Source of the DNA: Clostridia bacterium
Lineage (GTDB): Bacteria > Bacillota > Peptococcia > Peptococcales > SKKY01
Assembly (NCBI GenBank): GCA_009930175.1
Contig: RZYW01000001.1
Location: 4,778-68,777, forward strand
Reading direction: 5' to 3'
DNA: 64,000 nt
Under the pieces are notes generated by a model. It saw only the letters and a program-made list of their open reading frames with translations, ran no database searches and was not told where the DNA came from. This document shows positions 1 to 9,893 of this stretch, one piece after another. The position numbers and the translations under genes were made by a program. Each line of letters starts with the position of its first letter. The stretch's first letter is position 1.

Positions 1-1438
1 CATATTCGTACTCCTTGCTGATTTTGTCTAAATAATCTATTTTCTTTTTTATTACTTCTTCAATTTTATCATTATAATAATAAAGATCTTTTGGGTTAAA
101 TACATTTTCCAAGGTAAGATCATGCTGATTTATAAGTTTACTGGAGGCACCTACCCCAAAACCAAGAATTACTTGTCTTTCTTCAATCATCTGAATATTG
201 TAAGGTGAATATTTGCCATCTTTTGCAAACCCTATATTTTCCTGTCCGCCAACAGTTAATTTTTGTTTGTAAAGATAGTATGGTTCATATCCAGCATCCC
301 TAAGCTTTAAAATACTTTGATCAAAATGTTCAGATTGATTTGGAGCATGAAGCTTTTTCTCATCTATTTCCATTGCTGATTTTCTTTTAAAAGCAAGGCT
401 GTGAATTGTAATATTTTCGGGGCTTAGTTTAATTACCTCCTCCAGGCTGTCTGTAAATTCCTGGTAAGAGTCCTCAACTCCCATAATTAAATCCATATTA
501 ATAACATTAAAACCAATTTCTTTTCCTTCAGCATATGAGCTTAGAATATCTTGTGTAAGATGTTTCCGCCCAAGTTTTTTTAATATAGAATCATTCATTA
601 TCTGAGGATTAATACTTATTCTGGTAACTCCATTAGTTTTCAAAAACTGTAGTTTTTCTAAATCAATGGTATCTGGTCTTCCCGCTTCGAAGGAAAATTC
701 AACTATATTTTCCAGAGATATATAAGTTTTTATTGTACTGAATATTCTTTCCAGCTGTGGAACACTTAAAATAGAAGGTGTACCACCACCAAAATAAATT
801 TTATCTGTAATAAAACCTTTTTCAGAGAAATATTTAAGTACAGTTTCAAGTTCATGATTTAAGTTATCTAAATATGTTTCAAGCAATTTACTGTACTTAC
901 TTAATAAGTAAGAGCCGAATGTACAATATGAACAAATTGATGGACAAAATGGGATAGAAATATAAATAGCAATTTTTTTGAAACTTTCTTCTTTTGTTAA
1001 AAAATATTCTCTTTGTTTATTAGTTATTTCTAATAAAAGTTTTGCCTTATTTTCTTTAAGTAAATATTCTTCAGTAAGATGCTTAAATATATCTTCATCT
1101 TTGTAACCCTGGTCAATCATTCTGTGAACAATTTTAGTTGGTCTGATTCCTGTAAGAATTCCCCAGGAATCAGAAATTTTAAAATAATGTTCTTCAAGCA
1201 ATTTATATAAAAGTTTTTTTATTACTCTTTTAATATTATTATCCGATGAATCTTCTAGTACTTCTTCATTTTTATAATTTTCAAGTACTATTTCGATGGT
1301 ATTATTTTGATGTAAAACTTTTATTTCCGGATAATCACTTCTATCAAGATCTTCCCATTTATATTCTCCAATAAAAATTCTGATTACATCAAAAACAATT
1401 GTTTTAAATTCACTATTTTCTTTATTTAAACTAAACAT
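1..1438 (-). CDS. Radical-SAM HemN/HemZ-family coproporphyrinogen dehydrogenase-like protein, partial (C-terminus runs off the window start)
   Basis: Absent from the ORF track because it is open to the window edge. My translation from the ATG at 1438-1436 gives MFSLNKENSEF... It has the radical-SAM motif FCPSICSYC (in-frame Cys codon at 946-944) and a downstream YFGGGTPS motif. About 160 aa precede the cluster, as in HemZ-type proteins. There is no stop codon before position 1. Confidence 0.6.
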   Translation of the reverse strand, partial: MFSLNKENSEFKTIVFDVIRIFIGEYKWEDLDRSDYPEIKVLHQNNTIEIVLENYKNEEVLEDSSDNNIKRVIKKLLYKLLEEHYFKISDSWGILTGIRPTKIVHRMIDQGYKDEDIFKHLTEEYLLKENKAKLLLEITNKQREYFLTKEESFKKIAIYISIPFCPSICSYCTFGSYLLSKYSKLLETYLDNLNHELETVLKYFSEKGFITDKIYFGGGTPSILSVPQLERIFSTIKTYISLENIVEFSFEAGRPDTIDLEKLQFLKTNGVTRISINPQIMNDSILKKLGRKHLTQDILSSYAEGKEIGFNVINMDLIMGVEDSYQEFTDSLEEVIKLSPENITIHSLAFKRKSAMEIDEKKLHAPNQSEHFDQSILKLRDAGYEPYYLYKQKLTVGGQENIGFAKDGKYSPYNIQMIEERQVILGFGVGASSKLINQHDLTLENVFNPKDLYYYNDKIEEVIKKKIDYLDKISKEYEY

Positions 1439-1439
1439 T

Positions 1440-2063
1440 TTAAATAAATGGATTAATGTCTTTTTCTAAGGCAACAGAAGTTTTAGGTCCGTGACCTGGG
1501 TATACAATAGTTTCATCAGGTAATTCCATTAATCTTTTTAAAGACTTTGTCATTTCCTGATAATCGGATCCGGGAAGATCTGTTCTACCTATTGATCCAT
1601 AGAATAATGTGTCACCAGAGAAAAGAATTCCTTCTTTTTCAGCGTAAAGACCCACTCCCCCAGGTGTATGTCCTGGAAGTTCAATTACTTTTAAATTGCA
1701 TTCTCCAAAAGAAATAATGTCTCCCTCTTTTAGAAAACCATCTGCTGCAGGACTGCAGTTTTCAGGTCCACGTAAAAAAGAAAAGTTTTTTTCTGGAGAT
1801 ACTAGCATGCTGCTGTCATTTTCATGAATTAAAAGATCTTTCTTTGTAAAATCTTTAAGCTCTTTATTTGCTCCTATATGATCGTGATGTCCATGAGTAT
1901 TTAGAATATACTTTACATCAACATGATTCTCTTTGATAACTTCAATTATTTTTTCTCCATCTCCACCGGGATCAATAATTACCCCTTCTCTTGTTTTATC
2001 ACAATATACCAAGTAGCTGTTTGTACCCAGCATTCCAACTTCCATAATAATAATATGCATCAA
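1440..2063 (-). CDS. MBL-fold metallo-hydrolase (glyoxalase II-like)
   Basis: 207 aa with the HGHHDH (HxHxDH) zinc motif and a later GHTPG and GD...HGP pattern typical of the metallo-beta-lactamase fold. Confidence 0.8.
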   Translation of the reverse strand: MMHIIIMEVGMLGTNSYLVYCDKTREGVIIDPGGDGEKIIEVIKENHVDVKYILNTHGHHDHIGANKELKDFTKKDLLIHENDSSMLVSPEKNFSFLRGPENCSPAADGFLKEGDIISFGECNLKVIELPGHTPGGVGLYAEKEGILFSGDTLFYGSIGRTDLPGSDYQEMTKSLKRLMELPDETIVYPGHGPKTSVALEKDINPFI

Positions 2064-2065
2064 AA

Positions 2066-2596
2066 TTATCTCCCACTTTCAAAATATATTAATTCATCTT
2101 CTAAATATCTTTCAACTGCATATATTGCATCTGACAAACGGTTTACGTATTTAATTAACATTGGGTTTACTTCTTCTTCTTTGTTTAATCTTAAAATTAA
2201 TCTTTCTGCTCTTCTGGCAACTGTTCTGGAAAAATCTAAATGAGCTGAAGCTTGAGTTGACCCGGCAATTATAAATTTATCTACTCCGTCTATTCTGGCA
2301 ATACAGCTATCAATAATTTTTTCTAATTCTTCTATGTCACTTTCCTGCATTGAGTAGAACTTTTTCTCTTCTTTTCTGGTAGCAAGTTCCCCACCAACAT
2401 AAAATAATTTTCTTTGAATACCTAATATTAAATCTTTCATTTCTTTATCTTCAACAACGCTTCTTGCCATTCCTAGTGTTGCATTTAATTCATCAATTGT
2501 ACCGTAACATTCTACTCTCAAACTATCCTTATCCACTCTTTCACCATCCCACAAACTGGTTTGGCCTTTGTCTCCGGTTTTTGTATAAATTTTCAT
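2066..2596 (-). CDS. ATP:cob(I)alamin adenosyltransferase, PduO type
   Basis: The N-terminus MKIYTKTGDKGQTSL...ECYGTIDELN is the characteristic PduO/MMAB-type signature. 176 aa. Confidence 0.8.
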   Translation of the reverse strand: MKIYTKTGDKGQTSLWDGERVDKDSLRVECYGTIDELNATLGMARSVVEDKEMKDLILGIQRKLFYVGGELATRKEEKKFYSMQESDIEELEKIIDSCIARIDGVDKFIIAGSTQASAHLDFSRTVARRAERLILRLNKEEEVNPMLIKYVNRLSDAIYAVERYLEDELIYFESGR

Positions 2597-2608
2597 TTTA
2601 TTTCCCTC

Positions 2609-3058
2609 CTAAAATGTTTTTTTACTATCCAATAATATTGTAACAGGGCCATCGTTTAACAAAGAAACTTTCATATCTCCACCAAAGACTCCTGTTTCAA
2701 CATTTAATCCTGATTCTTTTAGTTCTTCATTGAATTTTTCATAAAATGAATTTGCTTTCTCTGGTTCTGCAGCTTGAGAAAAGCTTGGGCGTCTCCCTTT
2801 TCTAATATCACCATAAAGAGTAAATTGAGAAACAGATAGAATATCACCATTAATATCTAAAACCGAAAGATTCATTTTCCCTTTTTCATCTTCAAATATT
2901 CTTAAGTTAAGAACTTTTTCAACAAGGTATTCTATATCGGTTATACTATCATCTATGGCAAAACCAACAAGTAAAAGTAGTCCTTTCCCTGCTTTTCCGG
3001 TTATTTTCCCATCAATTTTAACTTCTGCTTCTGATACCCTTTGAATAACTATTCTCAA
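2609..3058 (-). CDS. dtd: D-aminoacyl-tRNA (D-Tyr-tRNA) deacylase
   Basis: 149 aa with MRIVIQRV..., SQFTLYGD and the C-terminal NDGPVT motif. It sits immediately downstream of relA, as in many Firmicutes. Confidence 0.9.
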   Translation of the reverse strand: MRIVIQRVSEAEVKIDGKITGKAGKGLLLLVGFAIDDSITDIEYLVEKVLNLRIFEDEKGKMNLSVLDINGDILSVSQFTLYGDIRKGRRPSFSQAAEPEKANSFYEKFNEELKESGLNVETGVFGGDMKVSLLNDGPVTILLDSKKTF

Positions 3059-3083
3059 TTTAATTCTCCTCTTGCAAAATTAC

Positions 3084-5267
3084 TTAACTGGTTTGAACTC
3101 TTCTTACTTCAATTACATCTTTAATAATTTTAATTTTATCCATTACTTTATATAACTGATCAAGGCTGTTGATATCTACAGTTAGAGTTACAATAGACCT
3201 TCCCTCTTTTGATCTTCCATTTATATTACTAATGTGTACTTTTTGATCATTTACTGTAGTCATAATCTCTGCAGTAATTTTAGGACGATCTAAAGCAATT
3301 ATTTCTATTTCTACCTGATAAACAGACTTAATTTCTGCATCCCAGGCCGCTTCAACAAGCCTTTCAGGTTCATTTGTTTCATATTCCTTAACGTTTACGC
3401 AATCTGAGCGGTGAATTGAAACTCCTCTGCCTCTTGTTATATAACCTACTACACTATCTCCGGGTAAAGGATTACAACATTTACCAAAGCGAATTACTAC
3501 TCCATCTATATCTTTTACCCTAATTCCCTTTGCAGTTTTTCCACCTTTAGTTGATTTACCAGATTTTATTTCACTTTTTAATTCTTCGATACTAACTTCT
3601 TTAGGAGTTTTACCTGGTTCTTTAATAATTGTTTTTAATTTTAAAATAATTTGGTTTGCAGAAATAACCCCTTCCCCTACCCCTACAAACATATCTTCAA
3701 CGTTTTTAAAACCAAGTTTATCTACAACAGAGTCAAGAACAGAAGCTTTTAAATACTTTTCAGTTCCCAGTTCTTGTTTTTTTACTTCTTTTTCGTAAAT
3801 TTCCCTGCCCTTTTCAAGATTTTCTTCTCTCATCTCTCTTTTAAACCATTGGCGAATTCTGTTTTTTGCCTGAGATGTCTGAACAATATTGAGCCAGTCT
3901 CTTGAAGGACCATGAGCTTGTTTAGAAGTCATAACTTCAATAATGTCACCAGTTTTTAGCTTATAATCAATAGGAACAATCTTTCCATTAATTTTGGCTC
4001 CAATACAACGGTGTCCCACGTCTGTATGAACAAGATAGGCAAAATCTATTGGATTTGAACCTCTTGGAAGTTCAAAAACATCACCCTTTGGAGAAAAAAC
4101 AAAAACTCTGTCTGAAAATAAATCTATTTTTACAGTTTCAACAAATTCCTTGGAATCCTGAAACTCATTTTGCATTTCTTTAATATTTTCCAGCCAGGCC
4201 AATTCATGACTTTTTCCTTCTTGATTCTTATTTTTCTCTTTATAAAGCCAATGAGCTGCAATACCATATTCAGCAGTAAAATGCATATCCCAGGTTCTAA
4301 TTTGAATTTCAATTGGGACTCCTGTTTTTCCAATTACTGTTGTATGAAGAGACTGATACATGTTGGGCTTTGGCATAGCAATATAATCTTTAAAACGACC
4401 TGGAATAGGCTTCCACAGAGTATGAATTATCCCTAATATCCCATAACAATCTCTTACAGAATCACAAATAATTCTAACTGCTATTAAATCGTAAATTTCT
4501 GATAGTTCTTTTCCCTTATCTTCCATTTTTTTGTAAATTGAATAGAAGTGCTTTGGGCGTCCGCTAATATCTACTTTTATATCTGCTTGTTCAAGTTCGT
4601 CACTAAGAACTGTAATTAATTCATTTATATATTCAATTCGCTCTTCCCTTTTCATTTGAATCTGTTCTACAAGATTATAATATTTATCTGGATAAAGGTA
4701 ACGAAGACATAGGTCTTCCAGTTCCCATTTAACCTTTGAAATACCCAGCCTGTGAGCAAGGGGAGCGTAAATTTCCAATGTTTCTTTTGCTGTTTCTCTT
4801 TGTTTCCAAAAACTTTGATATTTTAATGTTCTCATATTATGAAGTCTATCAGCTAATTTAATAATAACTACTCGAATATCATTCGCCATTGCAAGGAACA
4901 TTTTTCTGTAGTTTTCAACTTGACGTTCTTCTTTTGATACATATTCAATTCTGCTTAATTTTGTAACTCCATCAACCAGGGAAGCAACTTCATCTCCAAA
5001 AATAGCTTTAATTTCTCCTAGTGTTACATCAGTATCTTCCACAATATCATGAAGAAGAGCAGCAGTTATGGTAATTTCATCCAACCCAAGCTCTACTAAA
5101 ATTTCTGCAACAGATAAGGGGTGAATTATATATGGTTCACCGGATTTTCTTATTTGCCCCTCATGAAATTTACTGGCAAAGTTATATGCTTTTTCAATTA
5201 TTTCAATATTATAATCCGGATGCTTATTTATTATTTTTTCTTTAAGTTCCGTAAATGAGTTAACCAA
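3084..5267 (-). CDS. relA: Bifunctional (p)ppGpp synthetase/hydrolase (RelA/SpoT family, Rel)
   Basis: 727 aa. It has an HD hydrolase motif (AALLHDIVEDT), a synthetase region (DYIAMPKPNMYQSLHTTV), and TGS and ACT-like C-terminal regions. Confidence 0.95.
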   Translation of the reverse strand: MVNSFTELKEKIINKHPDYNIEIIEKAYNFASKFHEGQIRKSGEPYIIHPLSVAEILVELGLDEITITAALLHDIVEDTDVTLGEIKAIFGDEVASLVDGVTKLSRIEYVSKEERQVENYRKMFLAMANDIRVVIIKLADRLHNMRTLKYQSFWKQRETAKETLEIYAPLAHRLGISKVKWELEDLCLRYLYPDKYYNLVEQIQMKREERIEYINELITVLSDELEQADIKVDISGRPKHFYSIYKKMEDKGKELSEIYDLIAVRIICDSVRDCYGILGIIHTLWKPIPGRFKDYIAMPKPNMYQSLHTTVIGKTGVPIEIQIRTWDMHFTAEYGIAAHWLYKEKNKNQEGKSHELAWLENIKEMQNEFQDSKEFVETVKIDLFSDRVFVFSPKGDVFELPRGSNPIDFAYLVHTDVGHRCIGAKINGKIVPIDYKLKTGDIIEVMTSKQAHGPSRDWLNIVQTSQAKNRIRQWFKREMREENLEKGREIYEKEVKKQELGTEKYLKASVLDSVVDKLGFKNVEDMFVGVGEGVISANQIILKLKTIIKEPGKTPKEVSIEELKSEIKSGKSTKGGKTAKGIRVKDIDGVVIRFGKCCNPLPGDSVVGYITRGRGVSIHRSDCVNVKEYETNEPERLVEAAWDAEIKSVYQVEIEIIALDRPKITAEIMTTVNDQKVHISNINGRSKEGRSIVTLTVDINSLDQLYKVMDKIKIIKDVIEVRRVQTS

Positions 5268-5271
5268 AAAA

Positions 5272-7626
5272 TCACCTTATTCTAAGATTTGAAATATTGT
5301 ACAATTTAGAATTTTCAAGACTATTTTTACCAGTATAATTATTTAATTTTATTTCTAATAATGAGTTTTTATATGAATAACTTAAAAAACCTAATTCTTC
5401 AAAAATCATTATTCCTGTAAAAATCTCTTCTTTAGATAAATTACATTCTTGATTGTTCTTAAGTAGATTTTCCAATTCTATATATTCTATACAGTCTGAA
5501 TTAGTAAAAACCTTTTTTATTAATAAAAATAATTGGGAAAGGTTCTCTCTTGTTAGGTTTTTTGAGTTTAAATTTTCATCTGAAAAATATATTTTTATTT
5601 CAGGATTTGCACTTTTTATTCGAAAAGCAACATCTTCTGAAGGTTCACCCTCAGAAAAAATATATGCTTTAGTTTTAGCAATTATTTCATCTTTTAATAA
5701 TAAAGAATTCGTAAAAAGTACTCCATTATTTTCTAAACTTAAATACTGTTTTAAATTATTAAAGTTCTCTATAAAATCCTTTTGATTATCATAGGAAAAA
5801 ATTGCCAGGTCGGATGTTTTGTTTTCTTTAAATATGGTATTTTTCCCATCCCTGGAATGAAGAATACCCTTAGATTTTTTTAATATATTCCAAATTTCAT
5901 TATACTGTATTTTTTCTCCAGTTGTAAAACTTTTAGAAGGTTTTTCCATTGAAAAATAAAGATTGCTGTAAATTATCTCTTCCATTCGCTGATAATGAAC
6001 TTTAGCTCCTTCAACTATTTTTTTTATTTCAAGTTGTAGTGATACTTTATTTCTCCATTCATTTATACCTATAGCAAAAATCAAATTCCCTTCTTTTTCA
6101 TCTCCTGGATATTCACTGTAATTAAAATATATTCCTTTTACCTTCTTTTTATCTTTAGAAACATCAACCCTTAAGTGATCTTTTAGTTTTCCAATTTTTG
6201 AAGTTTTAAGTTTAACGGGAGAGTTAAAAGTAAACAAAGGTTCTGGATTACCTGAGCCAAAGGGTTCAAGTAATGCTAAATCTTTATATAGTGAATCACT
6301 TATATCTTCTATTCCTTTTAATTCTGCATCTGGATAGAAATCACTATAAAAATCTTTTGAGATTAATTTATCATATATATCCTCATTTAAGTTTATTCTT
6401 AATAAATTAATTTTGTTCTCATAAATACTAAGCCCGGCTGCCTGGGCATGTCCGCCAAATTCTTCAATTAAAAATTCAGACTGTTTTAAAGCATTAAATA
6501 TATTATATTTTTCAATACTTCTAGCGGATCCTTTATATAATCCATTTTCACTTTCCGAAAGGAGAATAACTGGACGTCTATATTCATTCATAAGTTTTGA
6601 TGCAACAATACCTAGAATGCCAAGAGGCCAATCCCTTTTTGCAGCTAAAATAAGAGGGTCAGAAAAGTAATGATTCTCTAATATTATTTTTTGTACTTCT
6701 CTATATACTTTATCAACAAGAGCTTTCCTTTTATTATTTAAAAGTATTAGCTCATCCGAGAGTACGTTTATTTCACTTTCATTTTCTGAAATTAGTAATT
6801 TTAATGCTATTTCAGGGCTTTCCATTCTTCCGCTGGAATTAATAATTGGTGCCAGTAAAAATGCAATGGTTTTGGAATTTATTTCAAAAACATTATTTTT
6901 ATCAACAATGGATTTAATTCCCTTTAATGGATTTATGTTAAGCTGAATAATTCCTTTTCTGACAATTTTTCTGTTTTCTACACTTAAGTTTACTAAATCC
7001 GCTACTGTCCCTAAAGCCGCAAGTTGCAGCAATTGGTTTTCTATTTCCTTAATCTCAGGATAATACTCTCCTAAACCTCTTGCTATCGTATAAGCAACTC
7101 CAACTCCTGCAAGATCATAGAAATCTGATTCATTAGATAATTTTGGATTAACTACAATTCCCTCTGGAATTAAATCGTCTGGTGTATGATGATCTGTAAT
7201 AATAAAATCCAGACCTTTTTCGGAAAATTCTTTTACAAGACTAAAGGATTTTATTCCACAATCAACAGTAATAAGAAGTTTAGTTCCTTGATTAGTAATT
7301 TGTGTAAGAGCTTCTTTATTCAGGCCATATCCCTCTCCATCCCTCTCTGGAATATAATAAAAGACCTGATTATGTATTTTTGATAGTGCTTTATATAATA
7401 ATGCAGTACTAGTAATGCCATCTGCATCATAATCACCATAAATTACAATCCTTTGATTATTGTTTATGGCTTTTTTTATTCTTAATACTGCCTCACTTAC
7501 ACCGGCAAGGTCAAAGGGGTCTTTTAAATTAGTTTTTTCAGGATATAGAAATTCTTCTATATTATTTGGGTCAGGGCATCTTTTTAATGCTATTTCTATT
7601 ATTTTCTCATGTATATTGTTCACCAT
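5272..7626 (-). CDS. recJ: Single-stranded-DNA-specific exonuclease RecJ (long Firmicute form)
   Basis: 784 aa with DHH-family motifs (GDYDADGITS, ITVDCG, ITDHHTP) and a DHHA1 region (GGHAQAAG). Confidence 0.9.
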   Translation of the reverse strand: MVNNIHEKIIEIALKRCPDPNNIEEFLYPEKTNLKDPFDLAGVSEAVLRIKKAINNNQRIVIYGDYDADGITSTALLYKALSKIHNQVFYYIPERDGEGYGLNKEALTQITNQGTKLLITVDCGIKSFSLVKEFSEKGLDFIITDHHTPDDLIPEGIVVNPKLSNESDFYDLAGVGVAYTIARGLGEYYPEIKEIENQLLQLAALGTVADLVNLSVENRKIVRKGIIQLNINPLKGIKSIVDKNNVFEINSKTIAFLLAPIINSSGRMESPEIALKLLISENESEINVLSDELILLNNKRKALVDKVYREVQKIILENHYFSDPLILAAKRDWPLGILGIVASKLMNEYRRPVILLSESENGLYKGSARSIEKYNIFNALKQSEFLIEEFGGHAQAAGLSIYENKINLLRINLNEDIYDKLISKDFYSDFYPDAELKGIEDISDSLYKDLALLEPFGSGNPEPLFTFNSPVKLKTSKIGKLKDHLRVDVSKDKKKVKGIYFNYSEYPGDEKEGNLIFAIGINEWRNKVSLQLEIKKIVEGAKVHYQRMEEIIYSNLYFSMEKPSKSFTTGEKIQYNEIWNILKKSKGILHSRDGKNTIFKENKTSDLAIFSYDNQKDFIENFNNLKQYLSLENNGVLFTNSLLLKDEIIAKTKAYIFSEGEPSEDVAFRIKSANPEIKIYFSDENLNSKNLTRENLSQLFLLIKKVFTNSDCIEYIELENLLKNNQECNLSKEEIFTGIMIFEELGFLSYSYKNSLLEIKLNNYTGKNSLENSKLYNISNLRIR

Positions 7627-7661
7627 AATTTTATCCCCTGACTTTATAATAAATTTTTTAT

Positions 7662-7695
7662 AAAAATAAAAATACCTCTTTATTAAAGAGGTATT
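7662..7695 (-). terminator. Intrinsic terminator after secF
   Basis: Perfect 11-bp palindrome AATACCTCTTT-att-AAAGAGGTATT, followed on the minus-strand RNA by UUUUUAUUUUU. It lies 7 nt downstream of the secF stop. Confidence 0.7.
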
Positions 7696-7701
7696 TTGTT
7701 A

Positions 7702-8556
7702 TTAAGCTTTTTTTCCTTTTAAATTTCTGATTACCAACCAGAAATTTCCTGCAAGGAAAACCGATGAGTAAAGTCCACTTACTACGCCAGTAAGCAATAC
7801 CATATTAAAGTTTCTAATTGTTTCTCCGCCAAATATCAGCAATGAAATAATAACGAATAATACAGTAATAGTTGTGTTTACTGATCTTGCCATGGTCTGT
7901 TTTATACTCAAGTTGACAATATTTTCCAGGGAATCTTTTTTTACTGCTTTTAAATTTTCCCTTATTCTGTCAAAAATAACAATTGTAGCATTAATTGAGT
8001 AACCTACAACCGTTAAAACTGCTGCAATAAATTCAGAATTAACTTCAAATTGTAAAATTGAAAAAATACCAACTGTAATTAGTACGTCGTGACAAAGTGC
8101 AAGTATTGCCGCTATGGCAAAAGATAGTTCAAAACGAATAGTAATATAAACTACCATCAATGCCAGTGCAAGAAACAAAGAAATTAAACCAGCTTTTCTT
8201 AATTCTGATCCAATACTAGGACCAACACCTTCATTTCTCATAATCTCATATTCTCCAACATTATTTGTTAGAGAAGCAAGTAAGGTTTTTTCCTGTTCTT
8301 CAGTAATAACCTTTGTTTTAATAATAAAGGAATTATAATCTGATTCTTGAACAAGGGCATCACTAATGCCAGAATCGTTAACAGCTGTTCTGATTGTATC
8401 TACACTAGTTTCATTTTGAAACTGAACCTGGATTAAATTTCCACCAGCAAAGTCGATTCCAAAATTCAAACCATTTATCATAATTGAAACAATGCCTGGG
8501 ATAATGATAACTAATGAAATTATAAACCAAAGCATTTTTTTTCCAGAAAAATCCAT
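7702..8556 (-). CDS. secF: Protein translocase subunit SecF
   Basis: 284 aa multi-TM protein with the GIDFAGG motif, adjacent to secD. Confidence 0.9.
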   Translation of the reverse strand: MDFSGKKMLWFIISLVIIIPGIVSIMINGLNFGIDFAGGNLIQVQFQNETSVDTIRTAVNDSGISDALVQESDYNSFIIKTKVITEEQEKTLLASLTNNVGEYEIMRNEGVGPSIGSELRKAGLISLFLALALMVVYITIRFELSFAIAAILALCHDVLITVGIFSILQFEVNSEFIAAVLTVVGYSINATIVIFDRIRENLKAVKKDSLENIVNLSIKQTMARSVNTTITVLFVIISLLIFGGETIRNFNMVLLTGVVSGLYSSVFLAGNFWLVIRNLKGKKA

Positions 8557-8568
8557 TATTTTATCCCC

Positions 8569-9798
8569 CTAGGCTCCATATAATTTTGTGTTGCTTATTA
8601 CAAGTGATGTTTGTTTTAATAAAATTCTTGTAAATGTTATTGCTGTTAACATACTGGTAATAACACCAATACTTAAAGTAACGGCAAATCCTTTTACTGT
8701 TCCTGCTCCAAAATAAATTAATACAAATGAAGCAATTAATGTTGTAAGGTTGGAGTCAAAAATTGTCCAAATAGCTCTTTTGAAGCCAGAGTCAATTGAC
8801 GCTCTTAAACTTTTACCATTTGCTAGTTCTTCTTTTATTCTTTCATAAATAATTATATTGGCATCAACAGCCATACCAACGGAAAGCAGGAATCCGGCTA
8901 TTCCAGGCAGTGTAATTGTTGCATTTATAAAGCCAAGTACGTTCCAAACAATTGCTGAATATAATACTAATGATACTACAGCAACTAAACCTGGAACTCT
9001 GTAGTAAGCAATCATAAACAAAGCAATAGCAATTAAGCCATAAAAAGCTGCTCCAGCACTTTTTTCAAGTGACTCAATACCAAATTTAGGACCAACTGTT
9101 CTTTTTTCAATTATTTCCATTTCAACTGGAAGTGCACCTGAACGAAGTAATAAAGCTAATGAATTAGCTTCTTCTAAAGTCTGGAAACCTCCAGATATTG
9201 ATGCTTTACCGTCATAAATTGGCGTTTGAACTATTGGTGATGAAATAACATTGCCATCAAGGACAATAGCTATCATTCTGTTCGGGTCGTTCTCACCATA
9301 CTTTGCAACCAAATCACTGGTAGCATTAGCGAATTTCTCAGCACCCTCACTATTAAATTCAATACTTACATGATAATCTTTACCAGCAATCTGAGAGGAA
9401 TCCATTCCTTCAACTGCATTTTTTAAATCTCTTCCGGTTACAACAATTTCATTAGTATCAACTCTTACGAATTCCAATAATGCTGTTCTTCCAATGAGAT
9501 TTACAGCTTCTTCAGGATCTTCTACTCCAGGAAGTTCTATAAGAATTCTGTTATCTCCCTCACGTCTGATTTCAGGCTCTGTTACACCTAAAGCATTAAC
9601 CCTGTTATCAATGATTGCAACGGCTTTAGCCATATCTTCAGCTGATGCATTCTCTGGGGCTTCAAGCCTTACCTGAACTCCACCTTTAAGATCAAGGCCA
9701 AGTCTAAGATCATCTTTTAGATAATCAAAAGAAAAAAGTGCCAGACCTAAAACTGCGATGGTAATTATTAATACTGCTGCCAAACTTCCTTTACGCAT
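8569..9798 (-). CDS. secD: Protein translocase subunit SecD
   Basis: 409 aa with LGLDLKGG, a periplasmic domain, and an RND-like C-terminal TM bundle (AVDANIIIYERIKEE). Confidence 0.9.
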   Translation of the reverse strand: MRKGSLAAVLIITIAVLGLALFSFDYLKDDLRLGLDLKGGVQVRLEAPENASAEDMAKAVAIIDNRVNALGVTEPEIRREGDNRILIELPGVEDPEEAVNLIGRTALLEFVRVDTNEIVVTGRDLKNAVEGMDSSQIAGKDYHVSIEFNSEGAEKFANATSDLVAKYGENDPNRMIAIVLDGNVISSPIVQTPIYDGKASISGGFQTLEEANSLALLLRSGALPVEMEIIEKRTVGPKFGIESLEKSAGAAFYGLIAIALFMIAYYRVPGLVAVVSLVLYSAIVWNVLGFINATITLPGIAGFLLSVGMAVDANIIIYERIKEELANGKSLRASIDSGFKRAIWTIFDSNLTTLIASFVLIYFGAGTVKGFAVTLSIGVITSMLTAITFTRILLKQTSLVISNTKLYGA

Positions 9799-9836
9799 TT
9801 CTAATTTCCTCCTAATGCTTCAAATAACACCGTATT

Positions 9837-9865
9837 ATTATATACCTGTTGAGTAAGTTTTTCAA
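9837..9865 (-). promoter_or_regulatory. Candidate sigma-A promoter for secDF
   Basis: The minus strand reads TTGAAA - 17 nt - TATAAT, about 35 nt upstream of the secD RBS AGGAGG. Confidence 0.5.
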
Positions 9866-9893
9866 ATAAAAAAGCCTCTGTTTACAGAGACTT
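9866..9893 (-). terminator. Intrinsic terminator overlapping the yajC stop codon
   Basis: The minus-strand RNA AAGUCUCUG-UAAA-CAGAGGCUU forms 9 bp (one G-U) and is followed by a U-run. The hairpin includes the last yajC codons and its stop. Confidence 0.6.
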
